In this document: positions 1 through 6,761 of the stretch, piece by piece
Layout: each line of letters begins with the position of its first letter
Numbering within the stretch: the first letter of the stretch is position 1
DNA from: Escherichia phage MIZ6
Strand: one strand, 5' to 3'
Length of the DNA stretch: 64,000 bases
Sequence record: OR192075.1
Program-made: the position numbers and the translations under genes
Notes under the pieces: generated by a model
Told to the model about the DNA's origin: nothing
The model's input: only the letters and a program-made list of their open reading frames with translations
Databases searched by the model: none

Positions 1-121
1 CTTCGCTCATGAAAGAGCACTGTTTGCCTATGGTGTAGCGTACACGCTGTAATTTCAGTTTACGGAAGCCTTTAACGTTCAGGTCTTTAGCGATTTTCTT
101 TGCGGTTTCGATGTTAGCCAT
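1..121 (-). CDS. hypothetical protein, partial (C-terminus lies beyond window start)
   Basis: ATG at 121-119 behind AGGAGAATCAAACA RBS and promoter cassette; frame open to window edge. Confidence 0.5.
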   Translation of the reverse strand, partial: MANIETAKKIAKDLNVKGFRKLKLQRVRYTIGKQCSFMSE

Positions 122-161
122 TGTTTGATTCTCCTAAGTGGTATCTCGTCTTGATGGTTGT

Positions 162-191
162 ATTGTAGGGGATCTCCCGATCCCCTGTCAA
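162..191 (-). promoter_or_regulatory. sigma70-like early promoter (-35 TTGACA, -10 TACAAT) with GGGGATC-N4-GATCCCC palindrome in spacer
   Basis: hexamers read on minus strand, about 40 nt upstream of ATG at 121. Confidence 0.5.
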
Positions 192-205
192 CACTTTTTA
201 TAAAA

Positions 206-373
206 TTATTTGTTAATTTCTGGTGCGTTGCTCGGATAGTAACCTTCTTTAACACCAAGATATTTTGCAACCATTCCTACAATCTTCTGTGCTACTACAA
301 TGTCAAATTTCAGATAATCTTCGCCGTGGGTTTCAATGATATATGCTTCACATGCTGCTTTAGTCTCGAACAT
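206..373 (-). CDS. small hypothetical protein (55 aa), paralog of 4524..4691
   Basis: hand-translated ORF (MFETKAACEAYIIETHGEDYLKF...); RBS GGAGAATCAAA; below 60-aa track cutoff. Confidence 0.5.
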   Translation of the reverse strand: MFETKAACEAYIIETHGEDYLKFDIVVAQKIVGMVAKYLGVKEGYYPSNAPEINK

Positions 374-406
374 TTTGATTCTCCTATTTCGTTTCGTTAT
401 GTGTGT

Positions 407-435
407 ATTATAGGGGATCTCCCGATCCCCGTCAA
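407..435 (-). promoter_or_regulatory. sigma70-like early promoter (-35 TTGACG, 17-nt palindromic GATC spacer, -10 TATAAT)
   Basis: rc of attata at 407-412 and cgtcaa at 430-435. Confidence 0.5.
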
Positions 436-448
436 CAACTTTTTAAAA

Positions 449-922
449 TTATTTGCACCAAATTCGAATGATTTCGTCTCGTTCAAATTTTTGCCAGATT
501 ACTCGGTCGCCCGCTGCCATAATACTGACAAATCCAGTTATATTTCCGGTGTACTTGCTTTTAGTTTCTGCATCATATTCAAAGAATGGAGCTTTAAGAT
601 CGCTAAACTCATCTTTTCCCACAAACTTCATAACATGACGGTGTGCGTAATATTCGCTTCTTAGTGTTGTTGTGATAGTTCCGTCATCATTTGATTTCAG
701 ATGCAATTCGGCATCTTCATAAAGACTTGCATCTCGTTGTTTACTTTCGATACCATCATTATATGTTGATTTGGTTGCACTCCAACATTGATATGTCTTA
801 TCTACATTTTCGATCTTTTCCTGTGTCATGTCAAAAAGCGGCGCAACCTTTTTCTTAGCCGCGTGCGCAACGTTGGTCATAGACAGTGCCGCAACAACCG
901 CAATAGCAATAATTTTCTTCAT
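449..922 (-). CDS. secreted hypothetical protein with Sec signal peptide
   Basis: N-terminus MKKIIAIAVVAALSMTNVAHA|AKKK; RBS AGGAGATGA. Confidence 0.6.
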   Translation of the reverse strand: MKKIIAIAVVAALSMTNVAHAAKKKVAPLFDMTQEKIENVDKTYQCWSATKSTYNDGIESKQRDASLYEDAELHLKSNDDGTITTTLRSEYYAHRHVMKFVGKDEFSDLKAPFFEYDAETKSKYTGNITGFVSIMAAGDRVIWQKFERDEIIRIWCK

Positions 923-983
923 AATATCATCTCCTTTGGTTTATATGGCGGGAGTATCTTAGCAATACTCCCTTAATACTATA

Positions 984-1265
984 TTATTCGTGATTAGTTT
1001 CGATGTTGTGCATTTTGCACCAGTTCAGCCAATCGCCCAGATCTTGATAGTTGATGCTTTTATCTGCTGCCATCGTTTTTGTCTTGATACCCATATGTGC
1101 GTTATGAGTAAGCATTTTTACAGTGAACTCAATTTTATCGCCTTTAGCTTTAACATCAACCAGTTTGGTCCACTGGCTACCAGCGCCGCGAATGTTCATG
1201 CCAACGATGTTTCCGATGTATGCTTCTTTGTTTTTCAGGATTTCGGTTGCTTTGATGAATTTCAT
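984..1265 (-). CDS. hypothetical protein
   Basis: ORF behind promoter cassette and GGAGAATCAAA RBS. Confidence 0.55.
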   Translation of the reverse strand: MKFIKATEILKNKEAYIGNIVGMNIRGAGSQWTKLVDVKAKGDKIEFTVKMLTHNAHMGIKTKTMAADKSINYQDLGDWLNWCKMHNIETNHE

Positions 1266-1335
1266 TTTTGATTCTCCAGTTCGTTTCGGTATGGGTGTAT
1301 TATGCTATGTTCTTACTTTGGTGTCAACAACTTTT

Positions 1336-1605
1336 TTAGATATTTTCAGAAATAAATTTTAAAACTTGACGTAAATGTTTCTCATCTTTGATAGTCGCCG
1401 GAAGTTCTTCTTTTACTTCCTGTGCAAGATAGATATTTCCGTTCCAAGTGAAAGATCCGTCTTCGTTTACGCGATAGCTGAACATCCACTCGCAATCATT
1501 TTCGATTTCATATACACACAGAAGGGTGTAATCGTTAAAGCTATTGATTTCAAGGTCGAAGCCGTGACGTTTTGCAAAGTTGGTAGTGGTTTTAGTCAGT
1601 GCCAT
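1336..1605 (-). CDS. hypothetical protein
   Basis: ORF behind promoter cassette; same 5'UTR as gene ending at 121. Confidence 0.55.
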   Translation of the reverse strand: MALTKTTTNFAKRHGFDLEINSFNDYTLLCVYEIENDCEWMFSYRVNEDGSFTWNGNIYLAQEVKEELPATIKDEKHLRQVLKFISENI

Positions 1606-1695
1606 TGTTTGATTCTCCTAAGTGGTATCTCGTTTCGATGGGTGTATTATGCTATACACAGGATCTGGTGTCAACAACTTTTTTAAAAAATAGGC

Positions 1696-1722
1696 AATAA
1701 AAAAGCCGACACTATGGTCGGC
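1696..1722 (-). terminator. rho-independent terminator
   Basis: hairpin GCCGACACTATGGTCGGC followed by T-run on minus strand. Confidence 0.6.
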
Positions 1723-1727
1723 ACATT

Positions 1728-2045
1728 TTAAAAATTCTTGCTATATATGCAAGCCTCATAATCTAGAGGATGACCGCCAATCCTACCAGGCTTAATATTC
1801 CAACCGCATCGATATTTGCTGACCATGCTAACCGTTTCGGTTCTTAGAGCATTTCTTTGCAAATCATACCCCCTAAATTCTTGTCTATAAGGACAGTCCG
1901 CTTTGCAAGTTGGCGGTTCTACGTCATTTAGCGGGTCAGAAGCAGTTGGCTTTATTATCAATTCTTTGTTTGCAATAATCATAAGCACATCCCATTGAAG
2001 GCAATTTAACATCTTCGCAATAAGTGTTGAATCCGTCAAATACAA
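1728..2045 (-). CDS. hypothetical Cys-rich protein (start uncertain; TTG at 2045 or ATG at 2012/1982)
   Basis: ORF track; overlaps upstream gene. Confidence 0.35.
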   Translation of the reverse strand: MYLTDSTLIAKMLNCLQWDVLMIIANKELIIKPTASDPLNDVEPPTCKADCPYRQEFRGYDLQRNALRTETVSMVSKYRCGWNIKPGRIGGHPLDYEACIYSKNF

Positions 2046-2115
2046 TCACTTCGTATTTGACTCCATCGGCGATAGCTTTTACTTTATACCATCCATGCTT
2101 GTATAAAATCTTCAT
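1936..2115 (-). CDS. hypothetical protein (59 aa)
   Basis: ATG at 2115 with GAGGG RBS behind promoter cassette. Confidence 0.45.
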   Translation of the reverse strand: MKILYKHGWYKVKAIADGVKYEVIVFDGFNTYCEDVKLPSMGCAYDYCKQRIDNKANCF

Positions 2116-2200
2116 CTTTATTTCCCTCAATCTCGTTTCGATTGGTGTATTATGCTATAGGCGTGAACTGGTGTCAATGCCTTTTTTTAAAATTTTATGC

Positions 2201-2227
2201 AATAAAAAAGCCGACACTAAGGTCGGC
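2201..2227 (-). terminator. rho-independent terminator
   Basis: hairpin GCCGACACTAAGGTCGGC plus T-run on minus strand. Confidence 0.6.
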
Positions 2228-2235
2228 TAATAAAA

Positions 2236-2544
2236 TCATTTAGACAAATAATCATTCTGTGCAATCCGGTCGGCGTATGCTGGTGTTATGTCAATCGCCA
2301 GCACTTTAACGCGTGCTTTCTTGCGACCTGGGTTTTCTCGTAACCAGTGCTCATGACCGTGAACATTTTTATACTTTGATGCTGTTTCGAAAGTACGGAT
2401 CGGACCTGGGTAATCAGCGTAAAGGATCTCTAGATCTTCGGTGATGTAAAAATATACATCGTAATTGCTGTTCTCTAGCTTAAGCAGAGACTTTCGGAAC
2501 ATTGGGAGATTTTCGCGGGTAAATTCAAAGATATTATCTTTCAT
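2236..2544 (-). CDS. HxHW-family small protein (paralog 1 of 6)
   Basis: motifs YFYITEDLEI, HGHEHW, VLAIDI; RBS GAGGATAA. Confidence 0.6.
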   Translation of the reverse strand: MKDNIFEFTRENLPMFRKSLLKLENSNYDVYFYITEDLEILYADYPGPIRTFETASKYKNVHGHEHWLRENPGRKKARVKVLAIDITPAYADRIAQNDYLSK

Positions 2545-2565
2545 AGTATTATCCTCAATAGTTGG

Positions 2566-2589
2566 ATGAAAAGGGGCGTTAACGCCCCC
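2566..2589 (-). terminator. putative terminator hairpin
   Basis: GGGGCGTTAACGCCCC plus short T-run on minus strand. Confidence 0.45.
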
Positions 2590-2594
2590 ATATA

Positions 2595-2882
2595 TTAAAA
2601 CAGTCCTTCCTGTACACCGTAGTAGAGTTCGTCGCTGATAATTTCATTAATGCGACGGTGTGCATATTCCTGATTTGCGAAGTTGTCAGCAAGTTCTACT
2701 TTAGTTTCGCCGTCATGAGTCCATTTAGTGATAACTTTACCATCTGCAAATTTGAAGTTGAACTCTTTAGCTACTGCATCGCGTACCAGACGTGCAAACT
2801 TATTGTTGCGGATTGCATTGTCGGTTTCGTGTGCAGCGTGAGCAAATTTGTTAACTTTCAGAGTGATAGTGATGTATGCCAT
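2595..2882 (-). CDS. hypothetical protein, paralog family A (with 5887..6198)
   Basis: shared motif AIR..VR.A.AKEFN.K; promoter cassette upstream. Confidence 0.55.
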   Translation of the reverse strand: MAYITITLKVNKFAHAAHETDNAIRNNKFARLVRDAVAKEFNFKFADGKVITKWTHDGETKVELADNFANQEYAHRRINEIISDELYYGVQEGLF

Positions 2883-2963
2883 AATTTGATTCTCCTAGTT
2901 AGAAAGTGTATCTCGTTTCGATGGGTGTATTATGCTATACACCCGATCCGTTGTCAACACTTT

Positions 2964-3242
2964 TTATAAAATAATTTTTTGATATTTTTCTATGATGTTT
3001 GTGTAGGTCACATCAACCGCTAGCACCGTTGCTTCGAATCCACCGTTTAGCCAATGGCTATGGTCATGATCGTGAAAGAAACCAAGACCAGTACGAAGAC
3101 CTTCTTTATATTCGGCGCGTACATTTAGATCATCATCGATAAACAGATAAAACCATGAATTTTTACTAGGATTGATGATACAACCTTTCAGATTAGGGAG
3201 AATATCACGACTAAGAATAAACTTATCACCTACTTTTAGCAT
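2964..3242 (-). CDS. HxHW-family small protein (paralog 2)
   Basis: FYLFIDDDL, HDHDHSHW, VLAVDV; internal ATG at 3242 with RBS GTGAGGAAAA. Confidence 0.55.
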   Translation of the reverse strand: MLKVGDKFILSRDILPNLKGCIINPSKNSWFYLFIDDDLNVRAEYKEGLRTGLGFFHDHDHSHWLNGGFEATVLAVDVTYTNIIEKYQKIIL

Positions 3243-3256
3243 AATATTTTCCTCAC

Positions 3257-3565
3257 TTATAAAGTTTGACCGTTGTTTTTCGCGTAATGCTGAATGCGTG
3301 CTTGATCTGCTTCCGCTGGTGATAGATTCCATGCGATCACTACAACTTCTGACGCATCATGATCATTATCACTTACCCAATGATTATGATTCATACAATT
3401 GTTTGCTATCGCGTGAGAAAATGATCTCATTACCGGAGACGTATAATCATAGTAACGGATTTTCAGATTTTCATCAACGTACAAGTAGATCGTATACGGC
3501 TTATATTCAGTAACCAGTAACAGACAGTTACGCAATTCTGGGAAAATCTTTTTAGTTAATTTCAT
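3257..3565 (-). CDS. HxHW-family small protein (paralog 3, divergent)
   Basis: YLYVDENL, NHNHW, VVIAWN; ATG at 3565 with RBS GAGGATTATAAA. Confidence 0.5.
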   Translation of the reverse strand: MKLTKKIFPELRNCLLLVTEYKPYTIYLYVDENLKIRYYDYTSPVMRSFSHAIANNCMNHNHWVSDNDHDASEVVVIAWNLSPAEADQARIQHYAKNNGQTL

Positions 3566-3566
3566 T

Positions 3567-3797
3567 TTATAATCCTCGGTCGCGGCTATAGTACACGGTA
3601 CGCCATACAATTTCATGTTTCGTGTCGCTCCAGCACACGATCTCATTTACTCTTAAATCTTTGTTATCAACAAAAGATGAACATTGTGACGCTTCTTTCA
3701 TCATTTTATCTGCTGTTTTCTCATCAAATACAGCACAGATTTCTTTATACACTCGATAATCTTTGAATTGACTCTGGATACCCATAATTAACACCAT
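3567..3797 (-). CDS. hypothetical protein, paralog family B (with 3745..4008); start uncertain
   Basis: shared FK.YK.Y..I..V....F.EKMM..AS.C.SF motif. Confidence 0.45.
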   Translation of the reverse strand: MVLIMGIQSQFKDYRVYKEICAVFDEKTADKMMKEASQCSSFVDNKDLRVNEIVCWSDTKHEIVWRTVYYSRDRGL

Positions 3798-4008
3798 TCC
3801 AACCAATTGTTTTTGAGAAAACGTTTATCCACTGTTGAGTGTAGCATGTTTCTTTCCATGATACAATACGAGTAGAATAATGGTTTTTGTTTCCAGAAAA
3901 GGACGGGCATTTTGATGCATCTTCCATCATCTTTTCGGCGAACTCTGGTGCGTATACTCGCAGGATCTGTTGATATGCTTTGTATTCTTTAAATTTGCTC
4001 ATAATCAT
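3745..4008 (-). CDS. hypothetical protein, paralog family B
   Basis: ORF; similarity to 3567..3797 product. Confidence 0.5.
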   Translation of the reverse strand: MIMSKFKEYKAYQQILRVYAPEFAEKMMEDASKCPSFSGNKNHYSTRIVSWKETCYTQQWINVFSKTIGWNGVNYGYPESIQRLSSV

Positions 4009-4267
4009 TCACTACCTTATCAGCTTCTTTTGTTGTTTTTACATCAACTGCGATAACTCGTAAAGGTTCGTCATGGTTCCACCAGTGGTCATGAATATCA
4101 GCTTGTGATTTATCACCAAAGGAATCACGAATATCATTTTTACATTTATAGCTAATGTGACCTTCATAGTCAACATAAAGGTAATTATCGAAAATCGGCG
4201 TTTTTAAGATCATACCGAAAAATCTTTCTTTGTGTGTCTTATCCAGCGTTGCAGTAATTCGCATCAT
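3989..4267 (-). CDS. HxHW-family small protein (paralog 4)
   Basis: YLYVDYEGH, IHDHWW, VIAVDV; RBS AAGAGGAA. Confidence 0.55.
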   Translation of the reverse strand: MMRITATLDKTHKERFFGMILKTPIFDNYLYVDYEGHISYKCKNDIRDSFGDKSQADIHDHWWNHDEPLRVIAVDVKTTKEADKVVNDYEQI

Positions 4268-4279
4268 AATATATTCCTC

Positions 4280-4459
4280 TTAGAAAGGGATGGTCATTTC
4301 TTGAGCTTGTACGTTCTCGTTAGGATTAAACTTCATCCAGCCGATATTGTCTACCAGCATATGCACATTTTTATCATATCCTACGTGGGTAGTCAATACT
4401 GTATGTGCTTTACCTTCAATGATGAGTTCCATGTACTTCTGAACTTCGATAGCTTTCAT
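4280..4459 (-). CDS. small hypothetical protein (59 aa)
   Basis: hand-translated (MKAIEVQKYMELIIEGKAHTV...); promoter cassette and GGAGAATCAAA RBS; not in ORF track. Confidence 0.5.
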   Translation of the reverse strand: MKAIEVQKYMELIIEGKAHTVLTTHVGYDKNVHMLVDNIGWMKFNPNENVQAQEMTIPF

Positions 4460-4523
4460 TTTGATTCTCCGTTTGTTGTCTTGATGGGAGTATCTTACTA
4501 CTCCCTTTAATCATTGTCAACTA

Positions 4524-4691
4524 TTATTTGTTAATTTCTGGTGCGTTGCTCGGATAGTAACCTTCTTTAACACCAAGATATTTTGCAACCATTCCGGTGA
4601 TCTTCTGTGCTACTACGATATCGAATTTCAGGTAGTCTTCACCGTGGTTTGCTACAATGTATGCTTCGCATTCTGCTTTAGTCTGGAACAT
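4524..4691 (-). CDS. small hypothetical protein (55 aa), paralog of 206..373
   Basis: hand-translated (MFQTKAECEAYIVANHGEDYLKF...); about 90 percent identical to 206..373 product. Confidence 0.5.
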   Translation of the reverse strand: MFQTKAECEAYIVANHGEDYLKFDIVVAQKITGMVAKYLGVKEGYYPSNAPEINK

Positions 4692-4757
4692 TTTTGATTC
4701 TCCTATCTCGTTGGTATGTGTGCATTATAGGGGATCACCGATCCCCTGTCAACAACT

Positions 4758-5051
4758 TTATAATGCTTTATATGCGTATTTCATAAATTTGTCTGCCACT
4801 TCATTGGCATGTTCAGATTCTACGCCTGATTCGAGAACAATAGCTAGGTCGGTTTCGTCATTCCCGCCGTACCAATGATTTGATGTTCGATTTTTTTCAA
4901 TTGGAAATTGGTCACTTTTATCTGTGCGACAAAATACATCTAAATGCTCGTCGATGTAAAAGATCCAATCTTCATAAAGAATAACGGTATTAGCCAGATT
5001 TTTATTGCCTTCAACGAAAGGTTCGGCTACAAACAAATTAGTATGTTCCAT
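4758..5051 (-). CDS. HxHW-family small protein (paralog 5, degenerate: single His, NHW)
   Basis: FYIDEHLDV, NHWYGG, LAIVLE; ATG at 5051 with RBS GAGGAAAA. Confidence 0.5.
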   Translation of the reverse strand: MEHTNLFVAEPFVEGNKNLANTVILYEDWIFYIDEHLDVFCRTDKSDQFPIEKNRTSNHWYGGNDETDLAIVLESGVESEHANEVADKFMKYAYKAL

Positions 5052-5067
5052 AGTATTTTCCTCAAAA

Positions 5068-5259
5068 TTATACAGCTTCGTAAACTTCCCAATGTCCAAC
5101 ACCAGCACGCTTAACGAAAAGGTTTTCTTTTATGTTATTCATAAACGTCTGGATGGATTTAATGCGGTTTGAAGGTTTCCATTCTTCGTTGGTATTGCGT
5201 CGATACATCATAACATTACCAGTTCGCTTATATTCAGCAACCATTTTAAGACCACACAT
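5068..5259 (-). CDS. hypothetical protein
   Basis: ATG with RBS GAGGATAA. Confidence 0.5.
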   Translation of the reverse strand: MCGLKMVAEYKRTGNVMMYRRNTNEEWKPSNRIKSIQTFMNNIKENLFVKRAGVGHWEVYEAV

Positions 5260-5315
5260 AATATTATCCTCAATTTGTGGGAGAGTATTACCCTCCCGAT
5301 TATTGTTATACTACA

Positions 5316-5618
5316 TTACGCAAAATGGCGTGTCAATGCTTCTTTTGCTGTTCCGCTAAGATTCTCGATCTCTCCTGGCATAACATCAACCGCAAGAACT
5401 TCTACAACATCCTCTGATCCTAACCAGTGAGTATGACCTTTGTAGAACTTGATATCCCATTTATCGCTATCGCTAGCCCACCACACATCACCGTCGATAA
5501 AGTTGATGTAAAGCACACTACGCCACATTGAATTAATTACTTTCAATACTGCGCCTTTCATCTCTTCCACGGTGTGGTCTTCCATTTTGAAGACCTCACC
5601 TACCTGAACTTTTGCCAT
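5316..5618 (-). CDS. HxHW-family small protein (paralog 6)
   Basis: YINFIDGDV, GHTHW, VLAVDV; RBS GAGAGGTGA. Confidence 0.55.
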   Translation of the reverse strand: MAKVQVGEVFKMEDHTVEEMKGAVLKVINSMWRSVLYINFIDGDVWWASDSDKWDIKFYKGHTHWLGSEDVVEVLAVDVMPGEIENLSGTAKEALTRHFA

Positions 5619-5635
5619 TTAGTCACCTCTCTTTA

Positions 5636-5815
5636 TTACATAACAATCACGCCAGCCGTTGAAAGTTGATGTTTCAACTGAGCATTTTCTGCTACCGTCA
5701 AATCAATGATTTCTTGTGACGCTGCAATCATATAGCCATTGGTGATATTGTTTTGCATCAGTTCAATGGTTTCTTCGTTGTAGCGGATTTTAGCGATGAT
5801 TTCGTTGAAGTTCAT
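5636..5815 (-). CDS. small hypothetical protein (59 aa)
   Basis: internal ATG at 5815 directly behind GGAGAATCAATT RBS and promoter cassette. Confidence 0.5.
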   Translation of the reverse strand: MNFNEIIAKIRYNEETIELMQNNITNGYMIAASQEIIDLTVAENAQLKHQLSTAGVIVM

Positions 5816-5886
5816 AATTGATTCTCCTAGTTCGTTTCGGTATGTGTGTAGTATAGGGGATCGGTGATCCCCTGTCAACAACTTTT

Positions 5887-6198
5887 TTAAAGTTTTTCCA
5901 TGATAACGGTCATAATTACATCTTCTGCGCGAGCGGTCAGATTATCAGCGTCAGCATGTGGGCGGCTGGTTGTTACAGAGATAACACCGTTGCGCACTGG
6001 TTTGATGTTGATATCAAGATGATCCGCGAAACGTTCGCCAGTTACAGAATGAATTTTGGTGTTAAATTCTTTTGCCAGTGCCTTGCGAACTTCACGAATC
6101 AGGGTAGCGTTTTTCAGTTGGTTCTCCGCGCTCATGGTCTTCTGGGTGTTCATGGTTCCGTCGAAGTCAATCATTGGCAGCGTTACGATGTATTTCAT
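5887..6198 (-). CDS. hypothetical protein, paralog family A
   Basis: ATG at 6198 behind GGAGAATCAAAA RBS; similarity to 2595..2882. Confidence 0.55.
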   Translation of the reverse strand: MKYIVTLPMIDFDGTMNTQKTMSAENQLKNATLIREVRKALAKEFNTKIHSVTGERFADHLDINIKPVRNGVISVTTSRPHADADNLTARAEDVIMTVIMEKL

Positions 6199-6284
6199 TT
6201 TTGATTCTCCGTTTAAGAAAGTGTGTTTCGTTTTGATGTGTGTAGTATAGGGGATCACCGATCCCCTGTCAACAACTTTTTGAA

Positions 6285-6761
6285 TTATTTTTCTTGATGC
6301 TCGCGATCGTACTTTTCGAAATAAAATTCTACTGGCTGGTCGTGGATTGACAGCAAGCCAAAGCGTTTAGCCGCTCGCAATCCCATATTGCGCTGAATGT
6401 ACTTCTGGAAGTTCTCGCGTATACACTTACGCCAGTATTCTAAGCCCATACAGCTTTTATAAAGATTGCATTGCACACACGCCGGATTCATGTTATAAAG
6501 TATATCATGCTCCGGTTTATGCATTCCTACAACCTTATATTTCCATGATCCATCATCATTACGGGCAATTCGTCCATTTTCATCATAGACTACCTTTGAG
6601 CGTCGCAATACTGGTTTGATGTGGTCTGCGTGCCAGCGATCCCCTAGTTCCTCGCCACAATAGGCACAACGTCCACCATATTTCATTTTCAGGATCTGGC
6701 GTTGCTCTTTCTTTGACAATTTTTTAGGTTTAGGGGCTTTCGCCCCTTCATTATCACACAT
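6285..6761 (-). CDS. HNH endonuclease (putative homing endonuclease)
   Basis: CAYCGEEL...HADHIKP...CVQCNLYK HNH/zinc-finger motifs; start overlaps ligase stop. Confidence 0.7.
   Translation of the reverse strand: MCDNEGAKAPKPKKLSKKEQRQILKMKYGGRCAYCGEELGDRWHADHIKPVLRRSKVVYDENGRIARNDDGSWKYKVVGMHKPEHDILYNMNPACVQCNLYKSCMGLEYWRKCIRENFQKYIQRNMGLRAAKRFGLLSIHDQPVEFYFEKYDREHQEK

Noticed and set aside
158-664. 168-aa plus-strand ORF
   Set aside because: Runs antisense across two promoter cassettes and a minus-strand gene; low-complexity composition; no RBS
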